From: Gammaproteobacteria bacterium
Lineage (GTDB): Bacteria; Pseudomonadota; Gammaproteobacteria; UBA12402
Length of the DNA stretch: 64,000 nt
Reading direction: 5' to 3'
Assembly (NCBI GenBank): GCA_050123335.1
Contig: JASFHH010000001.1
Coordinates: 61,209 to 125,208 of the forward strand
The first letter of the stretch is position 1, and the number at the start of each line of letters is the position of its first letter. Position numbers and translations under genes: made by a program. Shown piece after piece: positions 55,902 through 64,000 of the stretch. Below the pieces are notes generated by a model, which was given only the letters and a program-made list of their open reading frames with translations, made no database searches and was not told the DNA's origin.

Positions 55902-56813
55902 ATGTGTTTTTCAAAAGAATCTAAATCCACTAAAACACGCAAGCGAAAATTAAGTAATTTATATCCAAATAATAATCCTAGACCAGAAAATCTTTTAGTT
56001 AAAAAAAGAAAAATAAAAAATAACCCGTTGCTGCCACTCTCACAAGATTTTAAAAATAAAAGTAAAAATGAAAATAAAACTACATTCACAATGCGAATAC
56101 GTGGAAAAGAAAAACCAAAAAATAACAAGGAGTTTATTACATTTTTAAAGGATTTGCGCAAAGAAATTCAAGAAATGCCCTTGTCACAACGCCAGAAGGA
56201 CGAATGGAGTTCTCAAGAAAATAAAAATTATGCTATAACAACATTAAATGATATTATTCGATTTATTGATAAGTCATATAGAGAATTATTTCCAAAAATA
56301 CTTTGTGTGTTAGTGCTTAATGTGCGATCACATCTTCGTGAAAGTTTTGCAAATAATAATAGCAAAATTTTTAATAACAAGACTTATGTTAGGTATAAAA
56401 CTGACTATCCTTGGTGTAAATTTTTGCTAAGAGGATGGGATAATTTGGCTAATGGCAAATACAAAAACCGATTTCTAAGAAAGTCTATAAAGTCTATAGA
56501 CTGTAGTGGTGTTAAACTTGATCTTGGTTCTTCATCAAAATTAAAAAGGGTAAAACAAACACTGCTATTTGATTTGAAATCCCCAAAAGAATCTGAATTA
56601 AAAAATATTAATTCTAACCATAGTAAAAAGAAAGAAGTTCCGCCGCAACATCAAAATAATCCGCCAGATAATTATGATGATTTCAATTTTAACCAGCAAA
56701 ATGTCATTTCTGACATTTTCTTCCCATCAAACATTGATGAAGTATTTCCCAATCCGCAAGATAGTTTAACTTATGATGATATTTATCCCAGCTATATGAG
56801 TGAGTTTTTTTGA
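55902..56813 (+). CDS. Hypothetical Lys/Asn-rich protein with NLS-like motifs (effector candidate)
   Basis: 303 aa. 'KTRKRKL' and 'VKKRKIK' lie near the N-terminus; the tail is acidic and aromatic ('DDIYPSYMSEFF'). SD 'aggag'. Confidence 0.55.
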   Translation: MCFSKESKSTKTRKRKLSNLYPNNNPRPENLLVKKRKIKNNPLLPLSQDFKNKSKNENKTTFTMRIRGKEKPKNNKEFITFLKDLRKEIQEMPLSQRQKDEWSSQENKNYAITTLNDIIRFIDKSYRELFPKILCVLVLNVRSHLRESFANNNSKIFNNKTYVRYKTDYPWCKFLLRGWDNLANGKYKNRFLRKSIKSIDCSGVKLDLGSSSKLKRVKQTLLFDLKSPKESELKNINSNHSKKKEVPPQHQNNPPDNYDDFNFNQQNVISDIFFPSNIDEVFPNPQDSLTYDDIYPSYMSEFF

Positions 56814-56823
56814 TCCTTCTTTA

Positions 56824-57828
56824 TTATAGATGGTTGATCACTAAAAATAACCACTTTCCTATGCATGATTTTTTTAGCTTACGTTTAGCCATTTCACAAT
56901 ATATATTGTACAAAGTCATCAATAGGTTTTGTGGATATCCAGCAAGCATTACAAATAATTGGTTATGCATGAGATGTTGTTCTTTTTTTTCTGGCATTTT
57001 CTCTGGAAATCCAGTTTTCTCGAAGAAAAATTTTACGTTATTGTCTTTTTTCATCAAATTTTTGAATCTGGTAAGCTCTTGCGGGGGAACAATAAATGGA
57101 AACGGTGTTTTTAATACGTAAAATTCTTTTTCTTCCACATATTTAAAACCAGATGAAATAAAAGAGTTATTAATTATATCTTTAACGAATTTTTCCAAAT
57201 CTTTTGGGATAGGATTTTTACTGATTGGGCTTAATCCATGAAACAATTTAGCGGCTTGTCTGTATGAGTTTGGGGTCATTACATCAAAGTAAATTGGGGT
57301 TTTTTTATGCCAATAGCTGGATAAAATATGTCTGGCTAATTCTTTACCATAGTGACATAACATAGAAGATTTGCCACGATATTTTGGAAGTATGAAAAAT
57401 AAAGAATTCATAAAAGCGATTGTCTCTTTTTTACCTTTAAATTCACCAAAATTAAATGCGATAAAACCGACTATTTTCTTTTGATTATTCTTGAGCAAGA
57501 TAATTTTTACTTTTTTTATTTCTTCAGCATTTGATAATAATTCTTTCCGGATTTTTTCTTCAGTCAATTTATTGTTTTCATCTTCGTAAAAATAAGATTT
57601 TAAAACATTTTGTATGCCCTTGATTATTTCCTGTTTTTTCTTTTTCGGCGCCTTTCTGGCATTATCTATTATTTCTTCATATATTTCTTGCTTTTTAGAA
57701 AAGAGCCAATGCTTTATTGACAAAAAGAAGGTGGCGAATGCGGCGGCAATAGTTACATAAGTTTTTGGATATTTAGTGACAGATCTAATGAAAAACACGA
57801 CATGCCTCCTTTTAATACACATTAACAC
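56824..57828 (-). CDS. Hypothetical protein with N-terminal TM helix and possible GNAT-like acyltransferase core
   Basis: 334 aa. 'IVGFIAFNF....FMNSLFFILPKYRGKSSML' resembles GNAT motif A. This is a weak, by-eye call. Confidence 0.45.
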   Translation of the reverse strand: MLMCIKRRHVVFFIRSVTKYPKTYVTIAAAFATFFLSIKHWLFSKKQEIYEEIIDNARKAPKKKKQEIIKGIQNVLKSYFYEDENNKLTEEKIRKELLSNAEEIKKVKIILLKNNQKKIVGFIAFNFGEFKGKKETIAFMNSLFFILPKYRGKSSMLCHYGKELARHILSSYWHKKTPIYFDVMTPNSYRQAAKLFHGLSPISKNPIPKDLEKFVKDIINNSFISSGFKYVEEKEFYVLKTPFPFIVPPQELTRFKNLMKKDNNVKFFFEKTGFPEKMPEKKEQHLMHNQLFVMLAGYPQNLLMTLYNIYCEMAKRKLKKSCIGKWLFLVINHL

Positions 57829-57986
57829 AAAAATTTCCGAATTAAACTATATTTAGTGAAAATATAATCACTATTTAGCCGATTTTTTGTTGAAAATACA
57901 CATAACTCTACAGTACAATTAAATTGTCTATGCTAAGAACAGGATGGTTATAATTTGGTATTGGTATGACAAGGATGTAAGTTTAT

Positions 57987-58736
57987 ATGAAAAAGTTCAT
58001 TATTATCTTAAGTGGCATCTTAATTGGCTTGGTTGCTTGCACAATTAATGTGCAAGCAAGAAATCAGAGCAAACCTATTTCTAAATATTATGGTATTGGA
58101 CTTTGCGATAAGCCTGGCTATAAATGTATACGAATTAGCCGCGGGACAACATGGGAAAGAAGGTTCCCTGATCCTCGAGAGCGCGATATTGTACAACGAC
58201 TCAATCGCAGCGATACTTATCTATATAGCGGCCGCAAAATTGTTGTTCCAGAGGATCTACAAAATACAAGTTTAAAAGATATCACTCCTTTTCCATTGCA
58301 AATCAAAAGCCCTAACGAAAAGTTAATGATAGTTGATCAAAATTTGTTAGCTGTGGCTGCGTATGATCCGAATGGGCATTTGGTATTCTGGGGTCCCATT
58401 TCATCAGGTAAAAATTATTGCCCTGATGCAGGTCGTGCTTGCCGAACAACTACAGGCATTTATTTTGTATTCCATAAAAAAGGACCAGAGTGTCGATCCA
58501 ATGTATATCCGGTGGGTCGTGGTGGTTCACACATGCCGTTTTGTATGTTTTTTTATAAAGGTTATGCTTTACATGGTTCAAAAGAAGTTTACGGGTTTCG
58601 TGACAGCCATGGATGTATCCGTATGTTTACTCGAGATGCAAAATGGTTAAATGAAAATTTTGTAGGTGTGGCGCATCGTGATGGTAGTATGGGTACTAAG
58701 ATTGTGGTACAAAAATTAAAGGATGAGCCACATTAA
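57987..58736 (+). CDS. enhA: L,D-transpeptidase (YkuD) family protein, EnhA-like
   Basis: A signal peptide and the catalytic motif 'HGS...SHGCIRM'. The position is upstream of the enhB/enhC-like genes. Confidence 0.75.
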   Translation: MKKFIIILSGILIGLVACTINVQARNQSKPISKYYGIGLCDKPGYKCIRISRGTTWERRFPDPRERDIVQRLNRSDTYLYSGRKIVVPEDLQNTSLKDITPFPLQIKSPNEKLMIVDQNLLAVAAYDPNGHLVFWGPISSGKNYCPDAGRACRTTTGIYFVFHKKGPECRSNVYPVGRGGSHMPFCMFFYKGYALHGSKEVYGFRDSHGCIRMFTRDAKWLNENFVGVAHRDGSMGTKIVVQKLKDEPH

Positions 58737-58752
58737 TGAGGATAATTTAGCG

Positions 58753-59334
58753 ATGATATGCAAACGTATTATTATTTACTTGGCAATAGTTTTTAGTTTG
58801 TTGACTTTTAGTTTAACTTTAGCAAATAGTCAACGTGCAAAAGCAAAATCACGTTTCCCCGCAGGATGCAGGCCAATAGGATATAAATTTGATTTTTATA
58901 ATGTTATTTTTGACCCCTCGACAATACGGTATTCGCAAACAGTTTACTTCATTAAAAACATATCAAACAGGCCTGTTTATCTGTTGCAATCAAGCAATGG
59001 AAGCGAACCATATATTTTATATAGTAATGGATTGATTTCTCCAAACAAATGGTCAGTGCTATCGGTAAGTGAGGATCAGGTTAAATATATTTGTACAAAT
59101 TTTTCCAGAGCTAATCGCGAGCATCGTGTCATCAACTGTCAAAATGTGTTGAGCATTTGTGAGTTTTCACGCTCAAGGTTTGGTACAAATCATCGAGGCA
59201 CATACTGGTTAACCATGAATAAAGCACGTAAAACCGCAGTGAACATTACACGTTTTCATGGGATATTACTTTCTGATCCTAGACAAATAGAAGCGCAAAT
59301 AAAAAATGAAATGGGAGATGATTTGGAAGAATGA
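58753..59334 (+). CDS. enhB: Small secreted protein, EnhB-like (by position)
   Basis: A signal peptide 'IIIYLAIVFSLLTFSLTLANS'. It lies between the YkuD and Sel1 genes, as in the Legionella enh locus. There is no independent motif support. Confidence 0.5.
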   Translation: MICKRIIIYLAIVFSLLTFSLTLANSQRAKAKSRFPAGCRPIGYKFDFYNVIFDPSTIRYSQTVYFIKNISNRPVYLLQSSNGSEPYILYSNGLISPNKWSVLSVSEDQVKYICTNFSRANREHRVINCQNVLSICEFSRSRFGTNHRGTYWLTMNKARKTAVNITRFHGILLSDPRQIEAQIKNEMGDDLEE

Positions 59335-61694
59335 AGGTTAAACATATGAGACGTTTATTAGCATTATTAACTATATTTTTGATATCTTTTACAGCATTTG
59401 CTGCCGAACGCGATGCTTTTCAGTATTATTATCAGGGGAAATATGATCGTGCATTACCGATGATTTCAGAGCTTGCAAATAAAAATGAACCTCAAGCATT
59501 ATATTTATTGGCTAAGATGAACATGTTTGGTTATGGCATGAAAAAAAATGCTGAAGATGGTTTTAAGTATATGCAGCAAGCTGCTCAATTAAAAAATCTT
59601 AATGCGCAAATGTATTTAGGGGCGTATTATTTAAATCATGTAAAAAATATTAAAGAAGCGTTGGTTTGGTTAAAAAAGGCTGCTGACCAGGGGAATTCTA
59701 AAGCACAAATGTTTACCGCTTTGTGTTATTTGAATGGACTGGGTGTTAAAAAAAATCTTGATCTTGCTAAACAATATGTTGTTAAAGCCGCAAAAAGCGG
59801 TATTCCTATGGCGCAATTTTTATTGGGAAAAATTTTTTTAAAAAGCCGGCATGCTGTCGATAGGAGAATGGGTAAAATTTGGATGTTAAAAGCAGCAAAG
59901 AATCATTATGCTGATGCTGTCAAGTTTCTTAATCTTCCATCTTCAGAAAGTTTAAAAGCTGAAAATTCAGATGGTAAACAGCCTGGTAATTCATCACAAG
60001 ATTCCACTAAACCCTGGGATCAAATGATTTATTTGTTAAACAAAGCACAAGTTAACATAGCAAATCCAAAACGGATATTAGCTGAGGGAGATGCGCAAAC
60101 GGAGATGCCTCAACTTGCATCATTATCAAAAAACGCAATTATCCAACCTGATTTTAGTTTAGTAGTACCTAGTAATTTATCTGTTTATGATGTTCTGATA
60201 CAAGCAAGTCGCGCAAATTATCACAAACGATCACAAAAATTACATATTGATCTTTATAAGTACGTACTTCCACAACATATGAACAATTATCAAGAAGCTT
60301 TTCAGGAATTATCGCGCTTAGCAATGCATGGGAGTACGCGCGCCATGTTTGATTTAGGATTATTATATCAGGAAGGCAAGGGTGTTGCACCAGATCAGGA
60401 AAAAGCATATAACTGGATGTTGAAGGCGGCTAGATTATATTATCTAAAAGCCGAATATATGGTTGGTATTTATTATCTAAAAGGATGGGTTGTTGAAAAA
60501 GATATTGATATGGCCATGATATGTTTTCGTCGCGCAGCATTGCATGGCGATGCAAATGCACAACTTCTTTTGGGTAATATCTATGAGTATGGTTTACATG
60601 ATAGCGATACAATGCAATCTGTAAAACAAGATCTTTCGCGTGCAAGGGCGATGTATAGTCTAGCTGCGCAAAATGGTTTACCAGAAGCTCAGTATCAATT
60701 AGCACAAATGTATTCAAGTGGTCTTTTCAACCCAAGTAATAATCATGTAATTAAAATGAGGAATTTAAAGACGGCTTATAAATTATATTTAAAAGCAGCC
60801 AATGCCGGCATAGAAAAAGCAAATTTATTTTTAGCTTATTTTTATGCTGCCAAAAACGCAACCGAAAAAGAACATCAATCCGCTTACGCAATTGCCAGTA
60901 AATTTGCCAGTATGCGTGATCCTAGTGCTAAATTATTGTTGGCGGTTTTATATGACAAAGGAGTTGGTACTGCAAAGAGTCACAATGCTGCATTAAGAAT
61001 GTATCGATCATTAGCGAAAAAAAATAATACATTTGCCGCTTATGCATTAGGGACATATTATTATTTGCGTAACAAAAATAATAAAAGAGCGGAAGAATAT
61101 TTGACTCGGGCAGCTCAGCAAGGTATCACATATGCGCAGTATAATTTGGCTATTATTGCTAAGAATAAACGCCAGCTTGATAGCGAATTTTTATTGTTAC
61201 TAAATGAGGCAATTGCTGGAGGTCTTAATCAGGCGTCACTGTTATTAGGAGATTATTATATAGCTCAGGCAAATAATGATGCTGAGATGGAGAAAGCTGT
61301 GCGTGTTTATCAAGAGCTTGCTGCAAAGCAAGATCCACGTGTAGAATTAAAGCTTGGTTATATGTATCAGAAAGGTATCTATTTCCATAAAGATGCAATG
61401 CGTGCTTTGCATTGGTATCAACAATCAGCTAAGCATGGTAACGAAATAGCGCAATATCAGTTAGGTGAAATGTATTTTCTTGGTTGCGGTATTCCAAGAA
61501 ATATCAACTTAGCTTTAAAATACTACAAAGAATCTGCAACGCAACAATTTGCGCCCGCAATGGCAGCTATTGGCTACATTAAAGCAGTAGAACAATTCGA
61601 TTATCCAAATGCAATCAAGTGGTATCAAAAAGCAGCTAGACTTAATGATAAACAAGCAAGTGAGAATTTACGGATCCTGGCTAAATTTTCATAG
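59331..61694 (+). CDS. enhC: Sel1-repeat (SLR) protein, EnhC-like
   Basis: 787 aa with a signal peptide and many repeats of the 'A..W..KAA..G...AQ..LG..Y..G.GV.KD' type. Confidence 0.8.
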   Translation: MKVKHMRRLLALLTIFLISFTAFAAERDAFQYYYQGKYDRALPMISELANKNEPQALYLLAKMNMFGYGMKKNAEDGFKYMQQAAQLKNLNAQMYLGAYYLNHVKNIKEALVWLKKAADQGNSKAQMFTALCYLNGLGVKKNLDLAKQYVVKAAKSGIPMAQFLLGKIFLKSRHAVDRRMGKIWMLKAAKNHYADAVKFLNLPSSESLKAENSDGKQPGNSSQDSTKPWDQMIYLLNKAQVNIANPKRILAEGDAQTEMPQLASLSKNAIIQPDFSLVVPSNLSVYDVLIQASRANYHKRSQKLHIDLYKYVLPQHMNNYQEAFQELSRLAMHGSTRAMFDLGLLYQEGKGVAPDQEKAYNWMLKAARLYYLKAEYMVGIYYLKGWVVEKDIDMAMICFRRAALHGDANAQLLLGNIYEYGLHDSDTMQSVKQDLSRARAMYSLAAQNGLPEAQYQLAQMYSSGLFNPSNNHVIKMRNLKTAYKLYLKAANAGIEKANLFLAYFYAAKNATEKEHQSAYAIASKFASMRDPSAKLLLAVLYDKGVGTAKSHNAALRMYRSLAKKNNTFAAYALGTYYYLRNKNNKRAEEYLTRAAQQGITYAQYNLAIIAKNKRQLDSEFLLLLNEAIAGGLNQASLLLGDYYIAQANNDAEMEKAVRVYQELAAKQDPRVELKLGYMYQKGIYFHKDAMRALHWYQQSAKHGNEIAQYQLGEMYFLGCGIPRNINLALKYYKESATQQFAPAMAAIGYIKAVEQFDYPNAIKWYQKAARLNDKQASENLRILAKFS

Positions 61695-61788
61695 ATGTAA
61701 GAGCCTATTTGACTAAATATTATGATTGATCAATGACCAAATTGCTGTTAAGGTTATGGCTGAATAAAACATTATGGTGAGGTTTATC

Positions 61789-62550
61789 ATGAAACTGAGA
61801 TTTTGTTTAGGCTTGGCTTTGTCAGCGGGATTAATTTTGTGCAGTCAGTCAGTATGGGCAGAATATTATTGGCCGAACGGTTTCTATGTTGCAGGTGGAG
61901 GAGTCTTTGGTTATAGTCTTTTTCATCTTGATGGTACACTTACTGGCTCGAGCACAGCTACGCTTGCTAAAAACAAATTTAAAGATGGTGCTGCTGGTTT
62001 TACATTGAAAGTGGGTTTTATGCCTAAGCCCGTGCCATTTCAGTTTGAAGTTGCTTATAGCCATTTTGGTAATTTTACTTTTAATGTCAATCCATTGTTT
62101 TCGACAACTGGTTCTGTTCCAACATACAACAATATAGCTAGCAAACTCAGGATTGAGACTTTGTTTGCAAATGGTTATTATAATATTCCTTTTTATCCAA
62201 AGTTTTGGCCATATGTAGGAGTAGGTTTTGGTGGAGCCAGAGCTAGAACTTCTTTAACAGCGACTAATGCAGCAGGTAATACTTTAAAAGTAATTCATAG
62301 TAAAACTAATACCGCTTTTCAGGCTATTGCTGGAGTAAATATTAAAGCAATGGATAATGTATTGATCTATCTTGCTTATCATTTCATGGATCTTGGTAAG
62401 GCACAATGGGGTCCCTGGAGTTCCGGTGCTGATCAGACAACACTTACCTCAAAAACAATTTTTATGCATGAGGGAGAAGTTGGTGTGAAGATATTTTTGG
62501 GTGACCAGACTCCATATCAGCCTCCTACGTTGATGCGTGATGAAGATTAG
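61789..62550 (+). CDS. Outer-membrane beta-barrel protein (OmpA-like/opacity-type)
   Basis: A signal peptide ends in 'VWA'. Alternating aromatic and hydrophobic beta-strand patterns are present, with 'VGVGFGG' in mid-barrel. Confidence 0.65.
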   Translation: MKLRFCLGLALSAGLILCSQSVWAEYYWPNGFYVAGGGVFGYSLFHLDGTLTGSSTATLAKNKFKDGAAGFTLKVGFMPKPVPFQFEVAYSHFGNFTFNVNPLFSTTGSVPTYNNIASKLRIETLFANGYYNIPFYPKFWPYVGVGFGGARARTSLTATNAAGNTLKVIHSKTNTAFQAIAGVNIKAMDNVLIYLAYHFMDLGKAQWGPWSSGADQTTLTSKTIFMHEGEVGVKIFLGDQTPYQPPTLMRDED

Positions 62551-62720
62551 AATATTCTATTTTATTTCTTTATTTGCTAAACAATTCCACATAATATACA
62601 ATCTCGCTTCATCTATGAATATTAGCATGGAAGGTTAATACCAAGCTACGGTAATAATTAAAATAATAATGGATCTTTTTAATAGATACCTTGATATCAA
62701 TGATGTAGAGAGGTGCTATT

Positions 62721-63767
62721 GTGTTACAATGTTACGACGATTTAAAGCAATATAAAAAGAAGCTAGAGCACGTAAATAATATAATTCGTGATGTAGCTTC
62801 AAAAAATCCAAATATAACGCCGATCACTGCGAAAGATTATGCGTTATTTGAAGAATTTTTTGCTAAAGAAGAACGTCATACTTATGGTAATTCCTGGATT
62901 TATGTTACGCAGGGAACTTTTGGAATTGGTCCGGAAAATTTGGGTTATAAATATTATGATGGTAAGAATCTTTGTGCGCTCGCAATTTATCCTAAGATAG
63001 AGCAGCCGGATATTATAATGCTCTATTGGATTCGGCCGATGGGTGAAAATGTTTTATCGATCATTGTAGAACTTTCTGAAAAAATAAAGTGTGAATATAA
63101 TGTTTGTTCTTATGTAAAAAAACTTTTTCCGGATCAATATGAATTTTTATTACAGCATGGGTTTAGGAGCGCAAAAGAATTTCCGTGGCACAGTTCTGCG
63201 CATTCAGAAGATGATACTTATCCGGAGTTGATATTTGATCGCGAGAAAACTAAAAAAGCTATTTTTGACTCGCCTAAACGTAGCCGTTTAGGGCGTATAT
63301 TAAAGGCTGTCCAAAAATTAGAAAGGGAGAATTCTGTAAAAATAATTTCTACTGATTTCCAACGACATGCTTGGGAAATTGTTAATAATTACTTCTCAAA
63401 GTACAGTGAATTTGCTAATAAAACAAATATATCAAATCCCTTTGATTACTATAATATGATTTTTTTAAAATCATTATGTGAGAATAATTTAGAAAAAAAC
63501 ATAATGGTTGTAAATGATATACCAGTTGGCTTTTATGTTTTGATGCGTGATAACAAGTGCAGCATGGCTAATTTATATAGTTGTATTACGCTCAGACAGC
63601 AACATAAATATTTAGCTGATTATTTTTACATTAGGATGTTTGATACAGAAAATACAAAATATATTAATATTGGTGGTTCAGAAGATGAGGGAATACACAC
63701 TTTTAAAAAAAAGTATCAACCTGTAAAAGAAAATATAATGTTTTGGGCAACGAATTACCCTGTGTAA
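62721..63767 (+). CDS. Hypothetical protein (possibly DUF2156/GNAT-fold)
   Basis: 348-aa ORF with a GTG start preceded by 'gagagg'. There is a faint resemblance to the stand-alone MprF C-terminal-like domain family. Confidence 0.45.
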   Translation: MLQCYDDLKQYKKKLEHVNNIIRDVASKNPNITPITAKDYALFEEFFAKEERHTYGNSWIYVTQGTFGIGPENLGYKYYDGKNLCALAIYPKIEQPDIIMLYWIRPMGENVLSIIVELSEKIKCEYNVCSYVKKLFPDQYEFLLQHGFRSAKEFPWHSSAHSEDDTYPELIFDREKTKKAIFDSPKRSRLGRILKAVQKLERENSVKIISTDFQRHAWEIVNNYFSKYSEFANKTNISNPFDYYNMIFLKSLCENNLEKNIMVVNDIPVGFYVLMRDNKCSMANLYSCITLRQQHKYLADYFYIRMFDTENTKYINIGGSEDEGIHTFKKKYQPVKENIMFWATNYPV

Positions 63768-64000
63768 GGTGGTAATGAATCCCACACAAATTTGTGAATA
63801 GCTTTGGCATTTTCATAAAAATTGTGATTTTCGATAACAACCCCACTTACTGTAGTTGTATTACTTAATTCAACTACGGCAATTTTTCCATCAAAAATAA
63901 TATAATCAATAGACGCTAGATCTAAGTTTTTTGTTGTCAAACGTACATAATACCTTTCCGTAGGCATTTCTTTTGCATAAGTTCTTGCTGCTTTAGAATC
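63755..64000 (-). CDS. Hypothetical protein, 3' part (frame stays open to the window edge)
   Basis: The minus-strand frame is open from 64000 ('DSKAARTYAKEMPTERYY...'), so the gene is probably truncated by the window. Confidence 0.4.
   Translation of the reverse strand, partial: DSKAARTYAKEMPTERYYVRLTTKNLDLASIDYIIFDGKIAVVELSNTTTVSGVVIENHNFYENAKAIHKFVWDSLPPYTG

Overview
A visibly AT-rich bacterial chromosomal segment, densely coded, with about 60 protein genes and one tRNA. I found no rRNA, CRISPR array, transposase or integrase. The gene content points to a Legionellales-type intracellular gammaproteobacterium; this is an inference from memory, not a database search. Supporting content: an enhA/enhB/enhC-like locus (L,D-transpeptidase, small secreted protein, Sel1-repeat protein), pilA-pilBCD-coaE, a TPR protein and many MFS/Bcr transporters. 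There are also several orphan, effector-like genes inside long AT-rich spacers, and GC-rich palindromic repeats of the kind that translate as '...RGND...'. Housekeeping blocks are: LPS-core glycosyltransferases; etfBA plus a long acyl-CoA dehydrogenase; dusB; an ABC-F ATPase; plsY; PPi-phosphofructokinase; type IV pilus genes; nadC, nadB and nadA; and an HD-hydrolase-glmU-glmS operon. The most unusual points follow. (1) A divergent Hfq-like Sm protein with a 50-aa N-terminal extension sits in an orphan-gene island (about 23.2-28.6 kb) and is bracketed by a repeated 3' element. (2) Several families of MITE-like palindromic elements are present; two lie in frame inside essential-type genes (pilC, nadA) and one supplies the stop codon of nadC. 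(3) The stretch next to tRNA-Thr contains a DUF3800 remnant, a tRNA 5'-half-like fragment fused to a palindromic core, and about 67-bp direct repeats bracketing plsY. (4) A tight five-gene module (Lnt-like, methyltransferase, S33 hydrolase, SnoaL-like, aromatic amino-acid permease) has no obvious known pathway. (5) The ETF looks like the bifurcating (group 2) type. All functional calls rest on motif recognition by eye and need HMM or BLAST confirmation.
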